Source: a virus
Lineage: Duplodnaviria; Heunggongvirae; Uroviricota; Caudoviricetes
DNA length: 64,000 bases
Strand: one strand, 5' to 3'
Virus record (IMG/VR): IMGVR_UViG_2778261574_000002
Part shown: positions 32,898-42,450 of the stretch, piece by piece
Layout of the letters: every line of letters starts with the position of its first letter
How positions within the stretch are numbered: the first letter of the stretch is position 1
Made by a program: the position numbers and the translations under genes
Notes under the pieces: generated by a model
Database searches by the model: none
Seen by the model: only the letters and a program-made list of their open reading frames with translations
Told to the model about the DNA's origin: nothing

Positions 32898-33261
32898 ACA
32901 ATCTACGTAACGTGGCGGCGACAGTAGATACAGATATCTCTCCGGTCGCAGCCCCTACGGTAAGGTCTACCAGTTCAGGGGAGTCAAATACCTGCACCCC
33001 GTTACGGCGTAGAAATAACAGCGCACTGTTTAGCGCGGTACGCTTATTGGCATCATTGAATATATGCCCTCTCGCTGTAGCCACCAGGTAGGTGGCGGAG
33101 ACTTCGAAAAGGTCGGTGATCTCTTCGTAGGCAACTCTGGCCTGAACTCTCCCGATAATGGCCTCTGCCCTACCCGGATCAGACATTCCCGGCAGGCCGC
33201 CGTAGCGGCTTATATTCGCATCATGAAGCGCAACAAGTTCTTCCGGTGATATATGTCTCAT
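32881..33261 (-). CDS. doc: Doc toxin (Fic-fold kinase)
   Basis: 126 aa [32 protein letters not shown] with the Fic motif region; 1-nt overlap with phd. Confidence 0.95.
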
Positions 33262-33482
33262 TATCGGTTAACCAGTTCCTTGTTGGTGGAGTCCAGGGTG
33301 TCAAACAGGGATGCAAATTCAGCATCCAGCGCCGCTTTTTTGTAGGCTTCGAAAGTAGCCTTGCTGACAATTACTGCTGGCTCACGGCCTCTGCGGGTGA
33401 TTTCAACCTCTTCCCCGGCTTCAACATTGTTGAGCACTTCAGAAAGGTTGCCACGCGCGGTACGGAAGTTAATGGATTGCAT
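33261..33482 (-). CDS. phd: Phd antitoxin
   Basis: 73 aa [39 protein letters not shown] from the ATG at 33482. Confidence 0.95.
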   Translation of the reverse strand: MQSINFRTARGNLSEVLNNVEAGEEVEITRRGREPAVIVSKATFEAYKKAALDAEFASLFDTLDSTNKELVNR

Positions 33483-33554
33483 AAACACCTCGTGTACTCG
33501 TTATGTGTACACAATTATAAACTTCACAGGCATAAAGCACCAGCACTTTGCAGC

Positions 33555-33944
33555 TTAAATAACCGGACAATCATCAAATTCCCCACTTCGGGCATCATTG
33601 ATGACATGAGTGATCACACCAAAAACAGCATTACTGCCCGTGTATCCATCGTCATCTACTGGTAACGCCTCTTTCTTCCCGGTGCTTAAGTCCTCCAGGT
33701 GCTGGCGCGGATACTTCCTGTATCTCTTTATGCGATATTCACCCTCCATAGCGCACACAAGCAGAGAACCATCAACCGGAGTAAGCGAGGAATCAACCAC
33801 CAGCAAAGCTCCCTGCAATATTCCCTCACGGTGATGGCTATCAGCTGCCCGCATGAAGTAGGTCGCTGAAGGATGTCTAATTATCTGCTGATCAAGAGAA
33901 ATTCGGCTTTCAACATAATCCGCCGCAGGAGAAGGGAAGCCCAT
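33555..33944 (-). CDS. humD: HumD, UmuD homolog (S24 peptidase)
   Basis: 129 aa with LexA/UmuD-like C-terminal domain; LexA box in promoter. Confidence 0.8.
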   Translation of the reverse strand: MGFPSPAADYVESRISLDQQIIRHPSATYFMRAADSHHREGILQGALLVVDSSLTPVDGSLLVCAMEGEYRIKRYRKYPRQHLEDLSTGKKEALPVDDDGYTGSNAVFGVITHVINDARSGEFDDCPVI

Positions 33945-33962
33945 AGCGTTTTACCTCAATGA

Positions 33963-33982
33963 TACTGTTTATTCATACAGTA
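33963..33982. promoter_or_regulatory. LexA (SOS) box upstream of humD
   Basis: TACTGTTTATTCATACAGTA matches CTGT-N8-ACAG, 19 bp upstream of humD start. Confidence 0.7.
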
Positions 33983-34067
33983 TACATTGAAAAGGCATAG
34001 TTTGTGAAAGCGGGGTTTGTAGGCGCGCCACGCTGGGGGCTAATCACATTTCTCCCCCATCTTGCCG

Positions 34068-34319
34068 TTATTTTTTTGGTGCATCCTCGTTCTGATACAC
34101 CGGATCGCTCCCTTTTGGCAACTGGAGGCTTAACTGCCGGTAGTGCCGTAGCCGTTCCATGAAATAGGCGCGCAGGTTTTCCGGTTGCTCACGGGCCACC
34201 TGCTCTGCAATCACAGGTATATTCAGCCGTTCTTTGTAAGCAACGCCGCTGGCGGCAAGGTCTACGTTCACCTTGTCTCGCTCTTCCTGGCTTTTAGCTG
34301 CTATATTTCGATCTGACAC
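34068..34319 (-). CDS. hot: Hot, homolog of DNA pol III theta subunit
   Basis: 83 aa [43 protein letters not shown] closely parallels E. coli HolE. Confidence 0.8.
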   Translation of the reverse strand: MSDRNIAAKSQEERDKVNVDLAASGVAYKERLNIPVIAEQVAREQPENLRAYFMERLRHYRQLSLQLPKGSDPVYQNEDAPKK

Positions 34320-34351
34320 AAGAAACCTCCAGGAGTTAGTGGATCAGGCAC

Positions 34352-34702
34352 ATGCACAATAACGTTCTCAATGTTAGCCGTTCAATTCAGACAATCAGAG
34401 ACTGCACCAGTGTGGTGGCATCAATCCCATTGCGAAACAGCATAGACGAACTGCAAATTCGTGTATTGAATCCGAATCAGGCTAATAAGCAATTGCGCTT
34501 TATTTTGACGCTGAAAAGTGAAACAGAGGGGATAAAGCACAGCGTAAAAGTGTTTTCTGAGGCCATTCTGCTTAATGGGAAGCTCCGGCATCTGGTAAGG
34601 CCAGAACGTCAATATCCTGACGTCCTGGCGCGTGAAAAAGACCTTCTTTCTGAAGTTCAGGATAGGGTGATCGATTTCGTCAAATGCTATCCCCTGCATT
34701 GA
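34352..34702 (+). CDS. hypothetical protein, lone plus-strand gene
   Basis: 116-aa ORF, weak RBS, convergent with surrounding minus-strand genes. Confidence 0.35.
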   Translation: MHNNVLNVSRSIQTIRDCTSVVASIPLRNSIDELQIRVLNPNQANKQLRFILTLKSETEGIKHSVKVFSEAILLNGKLRHLVRPERQYPDVLAREKDLLSEVQDRVIDFVKCYPLH

Positions 34703-34971
34703 GGGCAGGTGTTCCCTTCCGCAAAGTAGGGAAAATTGCTATCAAGTTCATCACACCATCTGCGATGGTCGTAGCACCAAAACGCCTCCCACGGTGCACG
34801 GAAATACTTCATCCACCAGGACACTCGATCAGGTATATCTGCTGGTGGCAGTTCTTCTGGCAATAATTTGCCTGATAATTCCCTTTCCGCCCGCGACAGC
34901 ATTTTTTTGAGGCTCGCGTTCTCTTTTTCAAGCTCATCTACGCGCACCTGTAATTCAGCTTTCGTTGGCAT
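34687..34971 (-). CDS. hypothetical coiled-coil protein with C-terminal Cys cluster
   Basis: ATG 34971 after GAGGTGG; MPTKAELQVRVDELEKENASLKK coiled coil; C-terminal C..C..CPQC. Confidence 0.45.
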   Translation of the reverse strand: MPTKAELQVRVDELEKENASLKKMLSRAERELSGKLLPEELPPADIPDRVSWWMKYFRAPWEAFWCYDHRRWCDELDSNFPYFAEGNTCPQCRG

Positions 34972-35605
34972 GGTCCACCTCATGCTTTTCAGCCACCAGC
35001 GGCAATAAAGCCCTGGCCATCTTATGAACCAATAGTGCATCAATAATGCCAAGCGTATGCCCCGGCTTAATGTTTAATGCCGCCTCAAGGCGACACCTTT
35101 CCAGGCCACTTTTCTCGGCTTGTTTATGATGATCTGGTGTAATAACGTCGCCCAAAACACGGCTTATTCTTTCTCGTAATTGCTGGGTGCCAGCACACTT
35201 GATCGCTGTATCGTGGAGACGGTTAACCAGTTCGCGATAAACATGCGGCTTAATTCGGATACGTTCACCGGTGACGCCCTTTCCTGGTGCTGGCACCGAA
35301 CTATCCGGAATATCCGGATAGTTGCCAGCCTCGTAAGCTACCCGCAGCCAGTGCATGAATGTTTCAGTGGACACACAACCACAGTCCACATCGATTTTCC
35401 CGCGTTGCTGTTCCAGCCAATGCTCAAAATTCAATCTACACGTATTACTTTCATGTTGCTCTTTTTGTCTCAAGGCCAGCATCTGCTGGGCTATTTCCAA
35501 TACTTCATCTGCCGTATATCCAGCACCGTGACCATACATTTCGATACGGGAAATAATCTCTGATATGCGCTCTTCAGTGATTCTGGTCATTTCTTTTTGC
35601 GCCAT
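34955..35605 (-). CDS. hypothetical protein
   Basis: 216-aa ORF in operon with flanking genes. Confidence 0.5.
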   Translation of the reverse strand: MAQKEMTRITEERISEIISRIEMYGHGAGYTADEVLEIAQQMLALRQKEQHESNTCRLNFEHWLEQQRGKIDVDCGCVSTETFMHWLRVAYEAGNYPDIPDSSVPAPGKGVTGERIRIKPHVYRELVNRLHDTAIKCAGTQQLRERISRVLGDVITPDHHKQAEKSGLERCRLEAALNIKPGHTLGIIDALLVHKMARALLPLVAEKHEVDHANES

Positions 35606-35961
35606 TTCTTTTCACATTCCTTAGTCCATTTTTCAATGTTCATTTTGGCAATATCAGTCATTCCATCACCTAAGAAATACTTTTTCCGGTACGTCTTGCA
35701 CTTAAACCACACTACAACAGCCACCAACCAGAAAATAAAAGGCCATACAGCAATACCAACTCCAGCCGCGATAAAGCCCAATAGCCATAAATGAAGCTCT
35801 CCAACTTCTGTTTGCGGCAATATTCTTAAAGAATTAAACAGCAGACTGAAGGAATGGTCGTATGCATTGGCGGTATAAGACATGCAATCCATATAATTAA
35901 AGTCATAGCCTGCGGCTGCCGCCCATAATGGGCGGTCAAGAAAATGTTTTAGTGTCATCAT
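35587..35961 (-). CDS. small membrane protein in AT-rich cassette
   Basis: two predicted TM helices (LWLLGFIAAGVGIAVWPFIFWLVAVVVWF) and Lys-rich tail. Confidence 0.5.
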   Translation of the reverse strand: MMTLKHFLDRPLWAAAAGYDFNYMDCMSYTANAYDHSFSLLFNSLRILPQTEVGELHLWLLGFIAAGVGIAVWPFIFWLVAVVVWFKCKTYRKKYFLGDGMTDIAKMNIEKWTKECEKKWRKKK

Positions 35962-35967
35962 ATAAAT

Positions 35968-36357
35968 TTAAGGTTCAGACCAGTTATCTTCAATAGCAAT
36001 GCTTAATCTTTGTAGCCATTCTGCTAATTTCAGCATTGCTTCTCTTTCGCTTAAACCACGAGGAAAATCATCAAGCGAAATTGTTGGCTTGAAGCCCCCG
36101 TAATTATCCATTTCAACAGTCAGATTTTGCTCCAGCACGGTATTCCTTACGCGGCTATTGTGCCGAAGCAAATATACTGAACGTGATTTATTGGTTTTAT
36201 GGTCAAACTGATATTCGGTAAGTATCATCTGGCTTTTGCCATGACTATTACCTCTCCACATACCTACCTCACTTAATAAAACAACTCCATGCGTAGTTGA
36301 TGATTTTTTCCTACGTAATATAAATCTGCACTCCGGCAGTAAAACCAAAGCCAACAA
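35968..36357 (-). CDS. hypothetical protein in AT-rich cassette
   Basis: ORF directly upstream of the membrane protein; start uncertain. Confidence 0.4.
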   Translation of the reverse strand: MLALVLLPECRFILRRKKSSTTHGVVLLSEVGMWRGNSHGKSQMILTEYQFDHKTNKSRSVYLLRHNSRVRNTVLEQNLTVEMDNYGGFKPTISLDDFPRGLSEREAMLKLAEWLQRLSIAIEDNWSEP

Positions 36358-36439
36358 TTGCTGAAAAAATCAAAACATTTACTTTTGACATTATAAATTT
36401 TCTCTCGGTGTCGTAGGTGATAGCACCATAATTGATAAT

Positions 36440-36691
36440 TTAGTGAGTTAGCAGTTCCATTTTTTGGATGATTTCCGCATGAGCATCATCGTTATCAACA
36501 CTTAACTCGTTTAATGCCTCTCGCACCACATCAACTTCTTCTGGTTGGAAGAAATCATCTCGGTAGTCACCAAATAGAACCGAAACAAGCCTGCCACCAG
36601 CAACATCAAGATTGGCGCTAACAGGTGGCTCTTTGCCATCCTCAAATTCGACTACAAAAGTTATTTTTCCCATCGTTACCACCAGCGACAA
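36440..36691 (-). CDS. small acidic hypothetical protein
   Basis: 83-aa ORF. Confidence 0.45.
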   Translation of the reverse strand: MSLVVTMGKITFVVEFEDGKEPPVSANLDVAGGRLVSVLFGDYRDDFFQPEEVDVVREALNELSVDNDDAHAEIIQKMELLTH

Positions 36692-36758
36692 ATTGAATAC
36701 AAACCCAGTGCTGCCGCCATCACAATTCCTACCGTTGCGAATGCTTCAGGCCAGCTCG

Positions 36759-37019
36759 TTATCTCACCTCCAGTCTCCATACCGCCTGACCAATCCGGCT
36801 GGCATGGGTATCTTTGGATACTGTTCCGTCTTTAGCCATCTCCATAAGAATTTTGCGCAAATCTGCCGAACGCCATTCTTCATCAGGAAATTCCTTCTCC
36901 ATTGCCAACCGCAGATTCCAGGTTGCCATCCTGAATGGATATTCCCCGCCGAGAGCTTTATCTTGCAGGGCAGCCCGGGAACGCATCACCTGCAAAACCT
37001 TCTCTTTTACATTCATCAT
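36759..37019 (-). CDS. hypothetical protein
   Basis: start moved to the internal ATG pair that overlaps upstream stop. Confidence 0.4.
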   Translation of the reverse strand: MMNVKEKVLQVMRSRAALQDKALGGEYPFRMATWNLRLAMEKEFPDEEWRSADLRKILMEMAKDGTVSKDTHASRIGQAVWRLEVR

Positions 37020-38131
37020 TTCGCCTCCTGCGGCGGTTCTGGTAGCGGCATCCAGTGTGACGGTTTCCACGACGCACCAGGAATTATCCAACCATCATTA
37101 GCGTCAGGATACCCCGGTATGTAAGTCGCCCATTTCATTCGCCAGTCACCTTTCCTATCAAACTCCCTGGCAACAAGAACGGCTGTTTTGCTATCCGGCA
37201 TTCGCTCACTACAGCTTATCCAACCATCCGGAGTTACCGGAACTTGCGGAATGGCTGTCTGCTCTCGAACGTCATTAGGCGCTATAGGTTCTGCTGCCAA
37301 CTGACTGGCATATTTGTTAATGGTAACGATAAGCTCTTGCTCGGCCTCATCCAGACAATCACCGATACCTCGCCTGTCACCGTCAAAATCATCGAAATCG
37401 GCACGAATCTTGGCAACCTCCTGGATTGCGGACAACACTTCACCAGGAATAAGCCGAGAGTTGCCCGATAGTGCATTCTGCTCCAGTGATGCTTTTACAA
37501 ACCACGCTGCCTGAACTATAACGCCATGAATCCAGCGCAAATCAGCATCGCGATCTTTCTTTTTCATCTTTTCGCCACTTAAGGCCTTGCTTATGTGGCT
37601 GCGTACCAGGTCTTCATGTAATTCCTTCGCCTCCTCAATGGTGAAACCACCAGGCAGAAGAGCCGGAGTTACCGGAGAGCTGGTTGACGCTTCCGGGATT
37701 TCCCGAAAATTATTGGTTGACGAATTCTTGCTTTCCCGAAAGTTTCCGGACTGAAGCATGGCGGTGCGGCAGGCGTTCCATATTTCGGCAGCAATATCGC
37801 GCTCGCTATCGGTTAATTTGTACGTGGAAACATAGCCAGAGAGCATTTCTACGTTTTCCGGAGTTGCTTCTTCCGGCACTACCGGCGCTGGCGGGGCGAT
37901 GCGTCCAAGCAACTTATTTACCTCTTTCGCCATCGCGTCATATTTATCTAAATGGCGATTAGCTTCTAAGCAGACTCGGCGCATCTGATCTGAGTTAACT
38001 CGTTTAACTGGATCTGCTTCCAGCGATGCCAGCGCAATCCGTGCCAGTTCCATTTGTTCACCACGGGTAAGCCCGTTTTCAAGCGGATTTTTAATGAACA
38101 ATTCAATACGTTCTTTGGTAATAGTGGTCAT
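37016..38131 (-). CDS. hypothetical protein with DUF551-like C-terminus
   Basis: C-terminal W..SERMPDSKTAVLV..SHWMPLPEPP pattern; N-terminal domain paralogous to 38844-39239 (shared PVVPEE..WNACR.AMLQ). Confidence 0.5.
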   Translation of the reverse strand: MTTITKERIELFIKNPLENGLTRGEQMELARIALASLEADPVKRVNSDQMRRVCLEANRHLDKYDAMAKEVNKLLGRIAPPAPVVPEEATPENVEMLSGYVSTYKLTDSERDIAAEIWNACRTAMLQSGNFRESKNSSTNNFREIPEASTSSPVTPALLPGGFTIEEAKELHEDLVRSHISKALSGEKMKKKDRDADLRWIHGVIVQAAWFVKASLEQNALSGNSRLIPGEVLSAIQEVAKIRADFDDFDGDRRGIGDCLDEAEQELIVTINKYASQLAAEPIAPNDVREQTAIPQVPVTPDGWISCSERMPDSKTAVLVAREFDRKGDWRMKWATYIPGYPDANDGWIIPGASWKPSHWMPLPEPPQEAK

Positions 38132-38141
38132 GTGTTACTCC

Positions 38142-38405
38142 TTAACCCGCAGTGCTTTCAACTGATGAGGGGAACAAAATCTTTTCATCAAACCCTGCAT
38201 TCATATCATGAACAGCAACACACCAATCCATCGACGAACGATTATCAAGAGCCTCCATGATTTCATCCATGCGGCGTAGGTCATACAGGTAAATGCTTTT
38301 ATCGCCAATGGTGTAAAAGCCAATTTTTTTCGGTGATGGACAGCGATCAAGAACTTCCTGTAATTCGTTCAACCATGCCCGTTCTTTTTTTGTCAAAGTT
38401 GCCAT
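38142..38405 (-). CDS. hypothetical protein
   Basis: start set at MATLTKKERAW, adjacent to upstream stop. Confidence 0.4.
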   Translation of the reverse strand: MATLTKKERAWLNELQEVLDRCPSPKKIGFYTIGDKSIYLYDLRRMDEIMEALDNRSSMDWCVAVHDMNAGFDEKILFPSSVESTAG

Positions 38406-38406
38406 A

Positions 38407-38625
38407 TCAGTTTTCCTTATACGGATTAATTTTATTGTGCAGTGTGTTGAACGACGCCCATACCACGTCGTTATACAATTCAATAACTGGTTCAATTATT
38501 TTCCCGATTGCCCAGACAAAAATTAGCGGGGATATCGGTATCATCAACACGATAAACAGAATGAGAAACAAAAGTTCTGTCGCTCTACTTTTTCGCGGAT
38601 ATTCTTTTCTGAATAATGTAGGCAC
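38407..38625 (-). CDS. small membrane protein
   Basis: 72 aa with hydrophobic core LLFLILFIVLMIPISPLIFVWAIG. Confidence 0.35.
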   Translation of the reverse strand: MPTLFRKEYPRKSRATELLFLILFIVLMIPISPLIFVWAIGKIIEPVIELYNDVVWASFNTLHNKINPYKEN

Positions 38626-38626
38626 A

Positions 38627-38842
38627 TCACTCTCCTTTGTTGCTTCTCAAAATTTTATGCCCTGGCGCAAAAGCACGCGTTTTGTCGACGCTTATTCGCC
38701 ACCCATCTTTACGTGCCTCTTTTGCACAGCCAGCCCATGACGTACCGATATACTCACCGAAGTCTGGCACTGGATATACACCTTCCGTACACTGGCGGCA
38801 GTCACAATAGAGATGCATGGTGTAACTTGCGGCAATAGCCAT
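38627..38842 (-). CDS. hypothetical Cys-rich small protein
   Basis: start MAIAASYTMHLYCDCRQC adjacent to upstream stop; ends with KGE junction motif. Confidence 0.4.
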   Translation of the reverse strand: MAIAASYTMHLYCDCRQCTEGVYPVPDFGEYIGTSWAGCAKEARKDGWRISVDKTRAFAPGHKILRSNKGE

Positions 38843-38843
38843 A

Positions 38844-39239
38844 TCACTCTCCTTTACCCTGAAGCATGGCGGCGCGGCAGGCATTCCAGCCTCTCACCTC
38901 TGCAATAGCGGCAACAGCATCGACCGCGTACATTTTAAGAGGGTTAGGCATTGGTTTTTCTTCAGGTACTACTGGCACTGGAGGGGCGGCATAAACAGGA
39001 ATAACGTCCGCTTGCTCTTTATTACTTTCATCCGTTAAAGCCCAGAATAATTTCCCGGCCGGATGTTTGAAAATATAAGCAACTGGTTCTGCGCTATCAG
39101 CTTCGCGCCGCTTCTGTAGCTCTGCTGCCATTGCTCTCACGACTTCAACTGGTGCCCTTGCAGCAAACTCTATGTTGGTGATCAGCTCATTAAGATATTG
39201 CTCGCTGGGATACTGTTTCTTATTGGTAATAGTGATCAT
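38844..39239 (-). CDS. hypothetical protein, paralog of the N-domain of 37016-38131
   Basis: ATGA overlap with upstream gene; shares PVPVVPEE and WNACRAAMLQ with the larger neighbour. Confidence 0.45.
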   Translation of the reverse strand: MITITNKKQYPSEQYLNELITNIEFAARAPVEVVRAMAAELQKRREADSAEPVAYIFKHPAGKLFWALTDESNKEQADVIPVYAAPPVPVVPEEKPMPNPLKMYAVDAVAAIAEVRGWNACRAAMLQGKGE

Positions 39240-39751
39240 GCCGCGTTTCCTTCTTTCTTATTAACAATTACACCGTCATATATTTCATTAAGGTGCCCTC
39301 TCAACTCCATGCGCCTTAATGCAGATAACATGTAATCGCATTCAACCTGCTTATTCCCGGTAAATGGCTTATCGTCAGGATTACCCCAACAGCAATTACC
39401 CGTGGGCCATCCATGTACTTTCCGTACTCTTCCGTTAACAACGTGAAGTAATCCCCAGCCGGGAGGTAAATCCTCAATTGAAATAATTCCCGGCTCACTA
39501 ATAAAGAATCGCCAGTCGCCCATGCCAAGTGAGGGATTTTTACGGAAACGCTTTTTTCTATCTGCCAACAAGTCAGCACGAGAACACTTCGCCTCTATCA
39601 GGCATGATGCTGAATTTCTGAATCCCATAGCATCTGGCTGTTCTCCGGTACTGGTTACAGCAACAAAGCGGTCATGAAAGCAAACCTTGAACCCGTTGCG
39701 CTTAAGGAACTTGTACGCAATCTGACAGAGTTCGTGGTGTGTTAACGCCAT
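39236..39751 (-). CDS. putative PD-(D/E)xK-fold nuclease
   Basis: QPDAMGF ... CLIEAKCSRADLL resembles the PD..ExK catalytic core; ATG preceded by AAAGGAG. Confidence 0.45.
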   Translation of the reverse strand: MALTHHELCQIAYKFLKRNGFKVCFHDRFVAVTSTGEQPDAMGFRNSASCLIEAKCSRADLLADRKKRFRKNPSLGMGDWRFFISEPGIISIEDLPPGWGLLHVVNGRVRKVHGWPTGNCCWGNPDDKPFTGNKQVECDYMLSALRRMELRGHLNEIYDGVIVNKKEGNAA

Positions 39752-39752
39752 A

Positions 39753-40313
39753 TCACTCTCCTTTGATGCGAATGCCAGCGGCGCGGGAATCATTCCATCG
39801 CTTTACTTCTTCACGAATTACGTCAATGCATTCTTTCGAATCCATTAGGTAATCTTCATCAAAAAGACGTTCCTGTTCGTTTTCTATCGCAACAATGATT
39901 GCTTCAACTAACTTTTGTTCCTGAGAATCACTTTCTAACTCTGCTATGCGCTTACTCCCATCCGAGATAACACCTTCGTAATATTCACGCTGTTCGTTGA
40001 GTTTTGATTTTGTCTCCTCAAGCTCAACGCGCAGCTTCCCTACCGTTAGCGCAATATCCTCGTTCTCCTGGTCGCGGCGTTTTATGTATTGCTGGTTTCT
40101 TTCCCGTTCATCCAGAAGCGCCAAGACGGTAGCCGGATTGGCTGCGGCGATGAATTCAGCATCACGAGATTCGTTTTCACTGAACACCATAGCTATTTGC
40201 TCATGGTTTATGCCGTCAGTGGAGTAAATCTCATCGTCGAATTCAACAGCCCACTTACCTTTCGTAGCCTTCTCTGCCGCCTCACGCAGTGCCTGATAGT
40301 CAATCTTGCTCAC
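39753..40313 (-). CDS. Ea22/Ead-like early protein (paralog 1)
   Basis: likely GTG start behind AAGGAGG, overlapping upstream stop as GTGA; N-terminus SKIDYQALREAAEKATKGKW. Confidence 0.5.
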   Translation of the reverse strand: MSKIDYQALREAAEKATKGKWAVEFDDEIYSTDGINHEQIAMVFSENESRDAEFIAAANPATVLALLDERERNQQYIKRRDQENEDIALTVGKLRVELEETKSKLNEQREYYEGVISDGSKRIAELESDSQEQKLVEAIIVAIENEQERLFDEDYLMDSKECIDVIREEVKRWNDSRAAGIRIKGE

Positions 40314-41011
40314 TGGTTGCCTCCTTTGCGAATCTGTTCCGCCCATTCTTCAAGGGATTTCTCCGCATATTCACCGGACAGGCCATCAATCGGGTACGGT
40401 TCATTAGCCAACTCTTCTTTCGCTGACAGAATCATGCGCGTAACGTCGAAAACTTCACGCAAAGACTTATTGATAAATCCGTGATTGAACGCAGCAGCAA
40501 GACGGCTGGCGGTATAGTTAATCCCCTCGTTGCGTGCTTCCGCACGAATTTCAGCCAGAAAAGCATCGGTAGCTGGAGTTTCGCTGTGGTGTAGGGCATC
40601 GTTGATAATCATTGCAGCAACTCCGGCCTGCCCTGCATCCGTGACCGACACATGATCAAGAGTTACAGCCATTGCGTGTTTCAGCCCAGCGTTCTCTGCC
40701 ACCAGAGCCGCGAGCTTAGTCTCAAGCGGTGCTATTCGGCACATAGCATCAATATTTGTGTCCTCCAGGCGCTTAATTTCACCAAGTAGCTCCAGTGCAA
40801 CCTTTGGGTTGAATGCGGCAATATAACGAGCGTTGTTCTCTGCGTTTTTCAGTCCATCAAAGCCGGTCCATTTGATAACGTCTTCACATCGTTTATCACC
40901 GGGCGTATGCACCGCATACGTACCAGTACCCGGCGAAATAAATGCGACCCATTCGCCCTGTGTTGCCTGTTTTGCTATCTCACGCAGTGCCCGGTAATTA
41001 ATTTCGCTCAC
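40310..41011 (-). CDS. Ea22/Ead-like early protein (paralog 2)
   Basis: same junction and N-terminus SEINYRALREIAKQATQGEW; GTG start overlapping upstream stop. Confidence 0.5.
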   Translation of the reverse strand: MSEINYRALREIAKQATQGEWVAFISPGTGTYAVHTPGDKRCEDVIKWTGFDGLKNAENNARYIAAFNPKVALELLGEIKRLEDTNIDAMCRIAPLETKLAALVAENAGLKHAMAVTLDHVSVTDAGQAGVAAMIINDALHHSETPATDAFLAEIRAEARNEGINYTASRLAAAFNHGFINKSLREVFDVTRMILSAKEELANEPYPIDGLSGEYAEKSLEEWAEQIRKGGNQ

Positions 41012-41247
41012 TGGCTGCCTCCTTTGCGGAGTTGCGCTTCGATGCACGAAAAAAAAGACTCCCGAGTATGACTGTTAAGAGCTGGTGCGAACGCCGCGTT
41101 AAGAACGGCAGCATCACAGCCGTCATCAATATAGAGCGCAATTTTTTTCTCCAGGCGCGCTTTGGCTTGCTGCAACTGCATACCCCGGCACGCACGCGGG
41201 ATATAATCAGCAATTTGAGCGATAGCTTTTTCGTTCTGTTTAAACAT
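41008..41247 (-). CDS. hypothetical small protein
   Basis: 79-aa ORF ending in the shared RKGGSQ junction. Confidence 0.35.
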   Translation of the reverse strand: MFKQNEKAIAQIADYIPRACRGMQLQQAKARLEKKIALYIDDGCDAAVLNAAFAPALNSHTRESFFSCIEAQLRKGGSQ

Positions 41248-41443
41248 GCTTCACCTCGATAGGCTTGATGGTGTCTAACAGCAGTCGACGGCGCGTATTT
41301 TCTGCAAAGTGGCGGCGTCCGGTATCTTTGTGGTAAAACTCATTTTTGCCGACGACCCACATCCGCTCTGTTTGGTGCAGTTTTTTTACCTGCGGCCCGT
41401 CTTTGGTGATCACGGTGCCGGTATGGGTTTTTACGATTGTCAT
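41240..41443 (-). CDS. hypothetical small protein
   Basis: 67-aa ORF. Confidence 0.35.
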   Translation of the reverse strand: MTIVKTHTGTVITKDGPQVKKLHQTERMWVVGKNEFYHKDTGRRHFAENTRRRLLLDTIKPIEVKHV

Positions 41444-41526
41444 GCCACTACCTCTTCGAACAGATGAACGAGACAGGCCGATGTTCGTCCACCTGAAAAA
41501 CTGACGATTTGATGCATACTCACGGT

Positions 41527-42255
41527 TTATTCCTGAATGCGCTTAAACTCGATTACCCACACCCAGGGATTAGCGTTCCAGCTTTCTTCACCATAGATGG
41601 ATTCCCACAGGCGCTGGAACGCAACCTTGGCCATTGCGAAATCCCCCTTGGGAGTAAGGAATGTTCCCGGGTGATCAGGAAGCAAACTTCCAGCAGGCGG
41701 AACGCCCTCAGCCCTTGCATCGCATTCGCTGATATCGTTCAACCGTTCAACGCGCACGTTGGTAATTTCCAACAGAATGCGTGATGCCCATCGCGGCATG
41801 TGAATTGATGGACGCCACCCACCATCAAACTTTTCATTCACAGTGTGAGGTTTCCAGTCGGCATCATCGGGTATCGACCATAAGCCGTAATCACCAGGTT
41901 TTTGCTCGCAACTGGCCCGATAAATCCTTGCTGCGTTCTTCTCATCGCCACGACAAAGGTTGTCGTTCCAGTCCACACTGCAACCATCCTCATTGCCTAA
42001 TATCGCCCATGTTTCACGAACCCAAATTCGATCGCCGACGATACCAAATGGGCAATTGAAAACACTGCTTACACCATCAGCCCCGTACCACTGAAAACCT
42101 GCACCAATTTTTCTAACCATCACTGGTGCTTCTGGACCAACTTCCGCAGGCTGATTTTTCATTATCCGCCGCGTCTGCGTTTTCCTTCCTTCGAGGATGG
42201 CCCGGACCATCTCATCGTTAAAAATCATGCCGCGCTCTTTCACTTCGCCTTTCAT
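41527..42255 (-). CDS. conserved phage protein of unknown function
   Basis: N-terminal MIFNDEMVRAILEGRKTQTRR motif common in phage accessory proteins; no confident family call. Confidence 0.45.
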   Translation of the reverse strand: MKGEVKERGMIFNDEMVRAILEGRKTQTRRIMKNQPAEVGPEAPVMVRKIGAGFQWYGADGVSSVFNCPFGIVGDRIWVRETWAILGNEDGCSVDWNDNLCRGDEKNAARIYRASCEQKPGDYGLWSIPDDADWKPHTVNEKFDGGWRPSIHMPRWASRILLEITNVRVERLNDISECDARAEGVPPAGSLLPDHPGTFLTPKGDFAMAKVAFQRLWESIYGEESWNANPWVWVIEFKRIQE

Positions 42256-42433
42256 GCATCCCCCTTACCCATGTGCGACGATGCCGCCAAAAGTGATAGA
42301 GAACAGCCAGAAATAGATCGCGGCCATAATGATTTTGAATGCCGTGTTCATATTTTCAGCTCCTGTGATTGATTGGATACATGCCGCGCCTTGCGGCATG
42401 TTTTTATTTTCACTTTCTCTGTTTTAAAAATCA

Positions 42434-42450
42434 AGATTTATTAGAGCAAT
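42434..42450 (-). promoter_or_regulatory. C1 operator
   Basis: AGATTTATTAGAGCAAT, 1 mismatch. Confidence 0.6.
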
